A DNA stretch of 64,000 bases from Antechinus flavipes (GCF_016432865.1 NC_067399.1:515158001-515222000), one strand, 5' to 3'. Positions 23,701-37,499 are shown, counted from the first letter of the stretch. Made by a program: numbers and translations. Notes: a model not told the origin generated them from the sequence alone.

Positions 23701-25971
23701 AAGAGGGGACCCAGGAGAGAGATGTTCCATCTTCATTTGTAGACTAGGGAGCCGAGCCCCAGAGAGACTGAGGGACTAGTAGCAGAGGTTGCATTTGAAC
23801 CCTGTATTCTTTACTCCAAATCCAGACCGGTCAGTGACCCTCCCTTGACGAGAAGCCTCCCTGGAGCATTCAGAGAAAAATCTTTAGAACCTACTTGGGC
23901 TCCCCCCTCCCCCGTGTGATGCAGTGATTGCGATAAAGAAGTTGAGACGCGTATCTAAATGCACTGCAATACAGAATATAAGGGAACAGAAGGAACGGGA
24001 AGTAGAAAGTCGGAGCGACAAAGAGAACTCTAAGTGATTTGTAGAGGTGGGCGTTGGGAAAGGGGAATGGTAGCAAACCGCCTGCAAAGCCTAAGCCAAA
24101 TTGCCTCTCCTCTTGTCATTTTGATCAGAACTCTTCTCTCTCAGAGGTCCCCAGGGCCTGCTTCCTTCAGCCCTTCCACTGATTTCTAATTTCCAAGAAC
24201 AAAAAACATGGTACCTGCTCAAAAGGATTATTTAGAGTTTTCGTGGTTCATGGGTGGATTGAACTGATTCTCCAAAGAGGAAAGATTACACCACCACCAC
24301 TGTCACCTCCAATTCAAACACCATCAAAATAGGTGGGGGGCATTGCGCACCACCATTTCATGCCTTGAATTCAAGCAACAAAAAGACCGGAGAAATTCAT
24401 CCCGAGTAGGTAAAAAGAGAATTGGGGTTTGGGAGACTGGAAAAACCTTTTGACTTTGATTCAAGTCAAATGCTGAAACATCTTTGTTCAGAGAGACCCA
24501 CCTAGTGGTTCTACCACCTCCAGACATTGGGTATTTGCTCAGAGAAATTGAGACTTTTCTATAAAACTCAGATCACGCACAGAACTTCCTCTCCTCCTAT
24601 TCCTGGAGATAAATAGATGGTTGGAGTACAACTCTCCATTAGACTACTGTTGGAGATGGGGCTAAAAATCACCACCCAATTCCAATTTGCCAGTGTACAT
24701 TCACCCTTTTCCAGCCTTAATCCAAGTGCCTGCAGGCTTCAGCTCTCCATATGCACTGCTCCAGAAGGCTTGCTAAACAAATGATAGCTATTACAAAGTC
24801 AGCCAAGGATTGGAGATAGAATCATCCTGATCTCCCTTCTGTACACATGGAGGAAATGAGACTGCCGTCTGAGATGAGTGAGGCTTCTTCACTTACAGAT
24901 ATCTTAATATTCCACTGTGGGATTATTTCTGCACAGGATTATTTCCTTTCTAGCAATTTTCTCCTCAAGCATAAGATTAGAGAAGACCTAGTGATTAGTT
25001 ATCCTCATTCAAATGATTCTTAGGCAACCACCCACTTTCTGGAATTGGGAATGTGACCAACATAAGAACTTAGGGCTCTAGGCCCAGCAGGGATAACTAT
25101 TTTAGTAGAGAATTTAGAATTTTACCTGATGACTTACACAATAATGTGTATGTGTGATTTTCCAGCAGAGGACGAAATAGAAGAGGCCTACTGCTCTTAG
25201 AAAAAGTTATGGTTAAGGGTAGGAAGGGACCTAAGACATCATGTCATCTAACCCACTCATTTTATAGCTGAATAAATTGCAACCTTGAGAGGGACGAATA
25301 AATAGCCCAGCTACTCTATTCTGCTGAGTCCTAAATCTACTGTTCCATTGCATCTCCTTGAGCTGCCTTGCTGAGGAAGACTTTCTGTCCTATCTCTCTC
25401 CAGCATACCTCTGCAACTGCCTTTATTCCCTCCCAAATCCCTTTGAGATGAGTGACAATGACCATCTGGGTCATTATAGATTATCATGAACTTGACAGAA
25501 GAGTAAAGAAGTATCAGTGCAGGTACCTCACCTGGAGCTTGCCAAGGGCCCTGCAGGTTCCCAAGCCATGCTTCCTCCTTGAGCTATGTGGCCAGTAAGT
25601 GGGTGGAGAACAGATTGTGATGTGTGCGGAACATGGGAACTGAGGGAATTCCGTAACCAGGAGGAGGAAGAAGGAACAACAGCTACTGGAGACAAAAAGA
25701 GCAGTCCATCCCTCCTCCTTCCTCTCCCCCTCCAAGTTCCTATTAGACAACAAAGCCCTGTGCCCCATCCGGGGTATATATACAGGCAAGCATTTGGGGG
25801 CCAGCTTCATTTCGGCGCCGCAGCCCCCAGCGGCCAAGGGCGTCAGCCTCCCTGGACGAGAAAGTCAGGCTAGGTGAACATTCCCCTCAGCCCGCCAATG
25901 TTACTGTTACTAAGGGGCGAGGGGATGTCACCCAGGCACCAAAACAACCAACAACAGCCCATCGCTCTGTC

Positions 25972-28900
25972 ATGGAAGAGTATGGCTATGAAGTAGGCAA
26001 GGTGATTGGTAATGGCTCTTACGGCACGGTCTATGAGGCCTACTACACTAAGCAAAAAGTCCATGTTGCTGTCAAGATCATCTCAAAAAAGAAAGCCTCT
26101 GAGGACTATCTTAACAAGTTCCTGCCCCGTGAGATCCAGGTGGGGATGGGAGAGGGAGGCAAGAGTTTGGAGGGTCAGGCTATTGGGGCCTTCATCAAGA
26201 TGGGGCTAGGTATACCAGAGCCTCCCCCAAACAGGGCTGTAACTTATCCATGATCCATTCATTCAACATGGTCATTAACCTAACCTAGATTTCCTAATTC
26301 CAAGATCAGCATTCTCTTCAAGATAACCATGTTGCTTCCTTCAAATATCATCTTCTTCAGGAAGCCTTCCCAAATTCTCCCCATTCAGCAATGAGCTTGC
26401 CATGTATACCTCCCATAGGATTTTGTTTCACTTGTTTCACACCACACTAATGTACTTATCATAGATGAGATAGTGCTCTTTTTCTTGGAGTTACCTATTA
26501 CAGGGATAAGATATAAACAATCATAGCAATAGCTAACATTTATGTGGCACCTACTATGTGCTAGCAACTGTGCTAAATGCTTTACAAATATTTTATTTGA
26601 TCTTCACAACAACCCTGCTAGGTAAGTGCTCTTTTTTCTCATTTTTACAGCTGAGGAAATTGAGGCAAACAAGGTTAAGCAATTTGCTCGGAGTCACCTA
26701 GCCAATAAGTATCTAAGATCAGATGTCAATGCAGGCTTCTGGCCTCTAGGCCCAGTGCCATATGCACTGTGGTATCTAAGTAAACTTCCCCCTATCACAT
26801 ATTATACCAATAAATCACACAATTTATGCACAATAAATGTATCATTATATTGGATTCCAAACTGAGTTCTGAATTCCAATCTTGCCATTGATACTTATTA
26901 GCTGTGTGACCTTGTGTGGACTACTTAATCTTTCTGACTTTAGGTTTATTTATAAAATGGGGATGACCCAATCCATAGTATTATCACCTCAGAGGGTTGT
27001 TACTCAGATCAAGTGGGATGATAATGTAAATTGCTTTGACAACTTTAAAATTCATTTACTAATTGATGTTAGTGGTTACATTATTGAAGTGATTTATAAA
27101 GGATGGGTAGGAATTCAATTAGACAAGATGGGAGAGGTAATGGGTTAAGGGGTAAAAGGCATATCACTGAGAGGAGGCAGGTGACAAAGTCATCTGATTA
27201 AAATTTAGAATGAAAGATAAAAATCTGAGATAAGATGAAAGAGCTAAGGTGATATCTTGAATGCCAAAAGAGCTAGAATTTTGCTCAGGAAGCAAAAGAG
27301 TTATTTAGGATTTGTAAGCAAACTACTAAATCTATGAATATAGATTGTTATTCTGACAATAATATGAAGGATAGTTGTGGAGAGGGAAGAAGTGGATGCA
27401 GAAAGGCCTACTAGGCGGCTGTCTTAGGAGTCTGATAGGGTGATAATGTATCCCCTTGTACTAGGAAAATGGCAATAGTAATAGAGAGGAGGGAATGGAT
27501 CCAACAGTGTTGCAAATATGAAATCAAAATAATTTAGTAACTAATTGGATGTGAAAGGTGGGTGAGAGAGGAGCAGGAAAGATAACACCAAAGCTGTGAA
27601 CATGAAAGGCAGGATGAAGGCTAAAACAGTAAAGTCAGAAGGAAGAATGGGGTTTAGAGAGAAAGATAATAAGCTTATCTTTAGATGTATTGAACATAAT
27701 GAGGCATTCTGGTGAGTTGCACTTGAGAAGTCCTTTGCAGAGAGACTATGTTTGAAGCCTTGGGAGAGAATGAGTTTGGCAAGAAGAGCAGAAGGCCAAC
27801 AAGAAACTTTAGAGAAAGATGCAGATGAAGGGGTTAGGGAGAGGAGATACTGACAAAATAAGAGAAGTGATTAGGGTGGATAGAAGGAAAAGCAAGAGAT
27901 GATCTGTGAATCCATAGCAAAAGAGAGTGTGCAGTAAGAGGGCACAATCAGTTGGGCCAAAAGCAGCGGTGAGCTGCTTTCCAGAGACTGGAAAGTAGCC
28001 ATGGGATTTGGTGATATGTAGGTGATTTGAAATAGAAGGAAGCCTGATTGCGAGGGGTTTAGGAGAGTGATGAAGCAGAGGTATTTGGTACAAACTCCAC
28101 TGATTCCAGGCAGTGTCTGATCCTCTCTCCATTCCAATACAACCCTCTCTCCTTTGCCAAAAGGAAAGGAGCCTAAAATACCGACATGGGCCAATTAGCT
28201 CACCTCTGCAAAGCATTTACCTCTGCTTCATGAAGTTTGATGGCCTCATTTGTCTTTACCACCTGCTTATTGGCTGTTTAACTCTCTTCTCTGACCCTGT
28301 TTCCTCATCTGTAAAATGATATCCCTCTCTCCCTGGTTAATAAGGTTATTCTGAGATTCAGATAAGATCAAGGTAAGTAAAAGAGCTTGGTTAAGCTATA
28401 TAGTCTTATATAAATACAAGAAATCACTACTGTTAATAACTTAGTTATGAAAGGGAAGGAAAGTATTAAGAGTCAAGCCATGAGCTCTCCCCTGCCAGGT
28501 CTGATGAACTCCCTTCCTTGGGACCAGGTAATGAAAGTTTCGCGGCACAAGTACCTAATCAACTTCTACCAGGCCATTGAGACCACATCTCGTGTGTATA
28601 TGATCCTAGAGCTGGCTCAGGGGGGCGATATTCTCGAGTGGATCCAGCGCTATGGGGCTTGCTCTGAGTCCCTTGCCGGCAAGTGGTTCTCCCAGCTCAC
28701 CCTAGGCATCGCTTACCTGCATAGCAAGGGCATCGTGCACCGGTGAGGGCACTGCCATCTGGGACTTTTTGGCTCCCAGAGGGGGGTGGTCTCACTGCAG
28801 CTTACCTAGCCTCCTCTTTATTAACCTATTCCCCACCAAAATACATGCCTATCTCCTACCTTAACTCCCTTCTCACCATTCTCCCACAACTAGGCTAGTC

Positions 28901-30168
28901 TCTCCCTCTCCATTTCAATGATCTGTTTTAGACATTTAGAACCCTTTCTGTGCATAACAGTGTATACAGAGTAGCCTGACAACCCCCAAGTCTCTTGTCC
29001 TCAGCCATATACCTATATAACCCCAAACCCCAGCTCATTTTCCCCACCTCTTTCCTCTGACCCCTGACCCTCTAGCTCCCAGCCTAATACTGACCCCTCT
29101 CCCCAGCCCCTGCCTGACCCCCAGGCCTTCTGCTGCTGGTAGGGACCTAAAGCTGGAGAACCTGTTGCTGGATAAGCGGGAAAATGTGAAGATCTCTGAC
29201 TTCGGCTTTGCCAAGATGGTGCCAACTACCGTCCAGATCCAGCCGAAATCTTCCCAACACCTCATGGGCTGCTTTTCCCACCTCAGCCAGACCTACTGTG
29301 GTAGTTTTGCCTATGCCTGCCCAGAGATCTTGCTGGGTTTGCCCTACAACCCTTTCCTCTCTGACATCTGGAGCATGGGTGTCATTCTCTACACCCTGGT
29401 TGCTGCCCATCTACCTTTCGATGATACCAACCTAAAAAAGCTGCTTCGAGAGACCCAGAAGGAGGTCAACTTCCCAGCTAACCACCCCATCTCTCAGGAG
29501 TGCAAGGTGCTGGCCTCCCTGGGAGGGCTGGGCCCTTGGGCTGACCCTTAGAAAGTGGGGTACAAATCCAAAAGGGACCACAAGAGGGTTGGGGGGAAAG
29601 CTCAATTAATTAGGCTCTATCCCAGGAACCTCACTTATTCCCACTGGCCCCATGACCAAAGCACTAGAGAAGGCCGATGGAGATAATTAACCACTTTCCT
29701 CTGGATCAGAAATTAGTTGAGTACAAGAAAACTTAAGCTTCCATTGCTACAGGACAGAGGAGGAAACTGACAGTTGCTCTTCCAAAGATCTTGATAACAC
29801 CCTGCACTCATCCCCTATCTAAGTATTAACCCTGGGCATGTCTAAGGGAATCCTAGTCTAATCCTCTCCCTAGAGTAGTACTGTGGGCACTCCTGCTCCT
29901 ATCTCAGGTCCAGATGCTGCCAGTGCCTAGGCAGCATAATTCAGGACAAGCTCAGCGATGGCCTCTCTCTCCCCTGCCCCAGAACCTGATTCATATGATG
30001 CTGCGCCAGGCTGCCAAGCGTGCTACCATCCTGGACATCCTCAAGGACCCCTGGGTGCTCAAGTTCCAGCCAGAGCGGCCCAACCATGAAATTCAGATCC
30101 TAGAGGTCCTGTGCGTACCACAAAGCTCCAACACTACCACCTCACGCCCTGCCGAGGTTGCAAGTTGA
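25972..30168 (+). CDS. TSSK4: Testis-specific serine/threonine kinase 4, 310 aa from the first in-frame ATG
   Basis: Exons 25972-26139, 28528-28742, 29143-29506, 29983-30168 = 933 nt, open. GNGSYG loop, VAVK, REI, HRDLKLEN, DFG and [12 protein letters not shown] are intact. The true start codon is uncertain (see findings). Confidence 0.93.
26515..26780 (-). mobile_element. MIR SINE
   Basis: gctaacatttatgtggcacctactatgtgctag...cttcacaacaaccctg...tttacagctgaggaaattgaggcaaac. Confidence 0.75.
26860..27065 (+). mobile_element. MIR SINE
   Basis: gagttctgaattccaatcttgcc...tagctgtgtgaccttg...tataaaatggggatg...ctcagagggttgtt. Confidence 0.7.
27140..28100 (-). mobile_element. L2 LINE internal fragment
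   Basis: Purine-rich + strand with typical antisense-L2 vocabulary; heavily degraded. Confidence 0.55.
28240..28440 (+). mobile_element. MIR SINE
   Basis: ctgtttcctcatctgtaaaatg...ggttattctgagattcagataag...aaagagcttgg. Confidence 0.65.
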
Positions 30169-30689
30169 GTAGGACTGGGGAAGGAGTCAAGGAGAGGGAA
30201 TTAATGTGGGCATGGGGAGCAGGACTCCTCCATCCTTCTTTTTTTTATACAAGAAATCATAATTCCCATTTAGTTTTATCAGCAGGGGGAAAAGAAATGA
30301 TTTCCCCAGGGAAAGCTTGGAAAGAGTCACTTCTAGACTGTTATAGAGGTTGGCCTCCATCTGTAGTCTGCAAAGGTATTTTAAACTTAAATACTGGACT
30401 GTGATTTCTTTAAAGATATGTGCCTAAAGGGTTGGGGGGGAGATGGGGAAGAAAAGTGTCTTGGTTCTGCTTCTCTCCTCCTTCAAACTTAAAAAGGTGT
30501 TGACATGATTGCATTCTGTAAGTATTTCTCATAGTGACCTCTCACAAACACTGCAGTAGCAGGGTTCCAAGCAGAGATTTTACAGTACCTGGGACAGGGA
30601 GAGATGTCAACTTCCTACATATACCCTTAGCATCATTATGGTCTTTTGTTTTACCATAAATAGACAAAGGGAGCCAAACTGTGGGTTGT

Positions 30690-30860
30690 TTTAGGATCAT
30701 AGAATCATGTTTAGACCTGGAAGTTATCTAACCATTGGTTATCTAGTCTGGCACCCTCATTTTATAGATGAAGAAAGTGACAGACCAGAGAGGTTGTTAC
30801 TTTCCCCACAATCACAGAGGAAGCAGAATAGGGCCTCTTGACTCAATATCTAACTGCCTT
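30690..30860 (-). mobile_element. MIR SINE
   Basis: gatcatagaatc...ccctcattttatagatgaagaaagtgacagaccagagagg. Confidence 0.65.
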
Positions 30861-31111
30861 GGTAAAGGAATAATTGTACTGCCAAAATTCTGTGGCAATA
30901 TACTTGAAGAGTTTGATCAACTATGGTGCCGTCTAGTTAGATTTTACAGCTCAACACAGATTGCTCACATGATATAAACAATAAGGAGGAGAAATGATAC
31001 TACAAGTCCCACCATCCCTTCTCTGGAAATAAAGAGAATGAAACAGAGACCTGAAGTAGGCACCTACAGGCTGGTAAGAGATGGCAGACAATGGGGGTCC
31101 ATCTGCCCAAT

Positions 31112-31117
31112 TTTATT
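31112..31117 (-). terminator. Poly(A) signal AATAAA of CHMP4A
   Basis: TTTATT on +, about 250 nt past the stop. Confidence 0.65.
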
Positions 31118-31364
31118 GAGAGTAAGGACTTTTGTAACAGCTTCCAATGAGAACTCTCCTCCCCACCCCACACCTTCCAAAATCTCCAAAACAAAAAATA
31201 ACCCCATTCCAGAGGTGTGCCAGGTGAGACATCAAATCCCTCAGGAAGGTCAGATTACGACCTCACCAGGGCCTCATGAGGTTTAAACCCTTCAGCTCAG
31301 TATGTTGGCACTTGGGGGAAAAGGAAGGGAATTAGATGAAGTTTCAAGAACATCAAAGCATTCT

Positions 31365-33404
31365 TCAGGATACCCAATCAACTAATTGTTTCAGTTCTTC
31401 TTCCTCATCAGCCTTGGAAGCTAAGGGGAAAGGAAACAAAAGAAGGGTTAAATTCCTTAGAATTCTCCAAGCAGCACCCCTATGATTACTGATGGCACCA
31501 TGAGCCAATTTTCCCAACATGAATTTCAACCTGAGGCCACTCAAGACAAGAGGGATTAATATTACCCTTCCCACAGGCAATGTAGTGCTCAAGACTCTTC
31601 CTCTGGCTAAGCAAGGAGAATTCTTAATACCTGGACTGGTGGGTAAATGAGTACAGGGGACATCAGGCAGCTTGTCTAATGCTGCCTCTTCATCCTCTCC
31701 CATATTCAGTAGCTCTTGGTTCAATTTCTCCTGTTCTAGTTCCTCTAATTCCTCCAATAGCTCATCCTGGAAATGGAAAGTCCAAAATTTAATCAGAACA
31801 CCTTGTACTGCCAAGAAATCACTCCAAAGACCCAAAGCTTTAAAGTCTACTTCCCAAGGGCCTCACAAATCCACTACTATACCTGGATTCCTTTTACTAT
31901 CCTCAATACTACCCTCATCCTGTTACCTCATCCACATCATCCCCAAAGCCCATAGGCTGAGATATGGCATCAGAGATTTGCTGGGCTATTTCCTGCTGCT
32001 CTGTGATATCAGACATCAGTTCATCCACCTTGTTGATGTCCCTGTGGGTAGAGATATAGGTAGAAAATCATGCCTTTCATCCTGTGTTGGAAAAAAAAAA
32101 AAAACTCATTCCCATTCCCCTTGAAGTCTCATGACTTGATGGATCTAACACTCCCTGGAAGAAGGAACCAAGAGAAGTCTGCAGATGGGTGGGAACATGT
32201 TGCAGAGAAAGGGAATATAGAATCTTTGGGGAAATATTTGGGTTTTTGTTTTTTAAAAACCAGGTATTTTGGCCTGCTCCCTTCCCCTATGTTCTAACTA
32301 GGGGAAGGGAATGTTTTGAAGTGGGGAATTTGATAATTTGTAGAAGATTCTTTGCTTCTAAAAAGAAAGGAACACGAGGTCCTGTGGCCAGACCATTCTT
32401 TCCCCAGTGTTTGTGCCCATGTCCTCCTTTCCCCCGTACCCACATGTCCTGGTGGGCCTTGCTCATGGCACGGGCAGCCAGCCCCATGGTTCGAAGCACT
32501 TCAGCATTGGTGGTAGCATTCTCAATGGCTTCACGCTGTAATTCCAGGGTAGATAGAGTCCCATCTGTCTGTGCTAACTGTTGTTCCAGTCTCTTCTTTC
32601 TGCGTAGTGCCTGCAAGGCAGCTGATCCAGCCCACAGCCCACCCATCAGTGCTAGAAGCCCTTAGACTCTTTCCCCTCCAATGGCTTTGTCCTCTATACC
32701 TTTCCCCTAATACCTCTCTTGTTCTTGGTCCCATGCTTCTTAGCCGTTTGAAGTTCCTGCTGAATCTTTTGTTCTAAAAACTCCTGCTTCTTGATCAGTA
32801 TCTTCTCTGTGTCTCGCAATTTCTGAATTGCCTTTTCAGGGCTTGGGGCCTCCTCCTTCTTCCCTGCTGGGTCCAATGGAGCAGGGGCAGTGTTGAGTAG
32901 AGGAAACCAGTCCAGCCCCTAGTACAGTTTCCATTGATCATGACTGGAGAAGAGACCTTAAGGCTTCTCTTCAAGACAGGACGTGTGTCCGGGGTTGCAG
33001 GAGGCAGGGGGGGGGGGGGGGGGAGAGGGGGTAAGGAGGGGAGAGGGAAGGAAGAGAGGGAAGGGATAGCAAAACTTGCAAAGAGACCCTAGCACATTAG
33101 TACTGACTCAGATCTCAGCCAAGAAAGGGTCCTATATGGCCTATACTCCTGCCCTCAAAATCCTGAACGCTTTCCTCAAGAATCAGAGGACAAAATAGGG
33201 GAAAGGATGTTTCTAGGAGGACCCAAACCTGCTGGTGCGGGAGTTGGGGTGTTCCCCTAATATTTCGGATTTGGTGATTTTTCTACCCTCTCCAGCCCCT
33301 TATAAAGGCAGGCCTCCAAAGATGGGCAGCCACACCTCCATTTACAGGGAGGCAAGGTTCTGCCAGGGCTCACCCCTGCCAAAGAGCCTGCCCAGGCCGC
33401 TCAT
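31365..33404 (-). CDS. CHMP4A: ESCRT-III subunit CHMP4A (Snf7 family), 221 aa
   Basis: Exons 33374-33404, 32714-32863, 32444-32621, 31927-32041, 31631-31766, 31365-31420 = 666 nt. MSGLGRLFGRG...KLRDTEKILIKKQEFLEQKIQQE...C-terminal EEELKQLVDWVS* (ALIX-binding helix pattern). Confidence 0.95.
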
Positions 33405-33700
33405 GCTGATTCCCGGAACCCTGATGGGCCGCGACCCCCACACTTGGCCTTGGCCTCCCGAAGCTTTACCCACTTCCGCCTTTCCCAGAGGGGCCGGCCC
33501 CTCCTGCCAGCACCCGGCCAATCGCAACTCAAGGTTCAGGCTCATCATAGGGCGTCTCCAGCCTGGAGACCTGGGAAAGTATATCCCGAACAGCGTGTTC
33601 GTCACGTGATGACAGTCACCTGACTAATCCCCCCCTACACATACACACATTTTAAAGGGCCCGAGTTTCCCGAGTTAACCACGGACCAGTAAGAGTTGTT
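33200..33700. promoter_or_regulatory. CpG-rich promoter of CHMP4A
   Basis: ETS acttccg 33472-33478, CCAAT near 33517, E-boxes GTCACGTGAT 33601-33610 and GTCACCTGAC 33615-33624. Confidence 0.7.
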
Positions 33701-34083
33701 AGTCATTGGCAGCGGAGCTGGAGGACATTGGTTAGGTCTGACGGGACTTTATCTAGTCTGATGAAACTGAGGACCACGGGGGAAGTAGAAAAAGCCCTGA
33801 CCTGGCCAGTCTGAGTCATGGCTCTGCGCCTGTCCTTCCTGAGACCCTGCCCTGGGAACTCCTGCTCGGGCACCCAGGTGTGACCGCCCTCTCGCCCTCC
33901 CCAGATCTCCACAGCCACTGAGATAAAGCCGTTTGCCCCAGAGTAACCTAATGGGCTCTGGAGCCAGTCTCTCCAGAGGGCCAAGGGTCTGTGCCGGGTT
34001 GCCTGGTCCCTCTCCTCCAGTGGGAGCTCGGTGCGCTTTGGTAGGGACAGGCAGAGGAAGTGCAGAAGTATGTCACAGGAAGT

Positions 34084-34089
34084 TTTATT
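34084..34089 (-). terminator. Poly(A) signal AATAAA of MDP1
   Basis: TTTATT on +, about 255 nt past the stop. Confidence 0.6.
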
Positions 34090-34344
34090 TGCTGAGCTAT
34101 ATTGTGATAACACACCAAGAAACAGCACTGGGGAGCAGAGTCTGGCAAAGGGCCTGGCATCGGTGCTGACCCACATACATAAGGACAAAGAGGGCTTATG
34201 GCGAGGGAAGGTTTTGTAGGCTCACGCACAAATGTTTTTTACAATTTACAGATGGCCTGAAAATGCATTCCTCAATCTTGTTCTCTTCCTGCTGGTGTCC
34301 ATGGCCAGGGCTTCCATCTGCAGGACTGAACTTGGGAGTTCATT

Positions 34345-36740
<2,396 letters not shown>

Positions 36741-37499
36741 GACTGACAGGCGCTGGACTGCTGCGGAGGTAGCACGGGCTTGCCGCCTTCAGCAAGCCAC
36801 CATATTTGATCATGGAGAGAAGCCAGCTAGAGCGCCGGTTCTTGGAGTCTGTCCCGTCCCTAAGCCAGTGGAGCCACCCAGAGTTGAAGCTGAGGCACGG
36901 CAGAAGACATCTAGGTACTGCGGCTAGTACTGTTAACACTCTTGAAAACTTCTCACTGGCCGGGATCTGAGCTGTCCACAGGACTTATTTTACCCTTATA
37001 TAAGTCATCTTTCAATCAGACCCAGATGCAGAATGTAGATACTTTTAACTCCAAATCAGTTCCTTCTTCCTTCAAATTCCCCAAAGCCCCTTCCACTACT
37101 CTCCATTACTCCAGACCACCTTTCTTATCCTGATATTCTCAGGCACAGCATCACCCCTCCTCACCTTGTCTTTTTCACAGTAACTAACCACTAAGCCATA
37201 ACAAGGAAGCAGGTAGATTAGAGCCCTAGATAAAAGCTCCCTCTGTAGAATAGTGATCATAAAAATCATATGGTGCCTGAACCCATTTCCCAGGACCAGC
37301 AATGTTAAAATTTTAACTCTCTTGTATTCCACCATCAATTTTACACAACCAAATTTACTCCAAGGTTCTGGATCCTAACGGCTCCATTCTTATCTTTAAC
37401 ATACCTTTTGGGCCTGATAGAGTTCTGTCAGGATTATGATCCATCTTAGGTTACATTTGAGCACGGTTAAGGAAACATTCCAAGAGGCTGGGAAACGTC

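Noticed and set aside
25586-25873. 95-aa ORF with an acidic patch upstream of TSSK4
   Set aside because: GTG start, no homology I recognise, out of frame with TSSK4, and it overlaps the probable promoter
33758-33770. CTGATGA followed by AAAC, resembling a hammerhead ribozyme core
   Set aside because: No stem II between CUGAUGA and GAAA and no flanking helices; it looks like the MIR-type gatgaggaaactgagg motif
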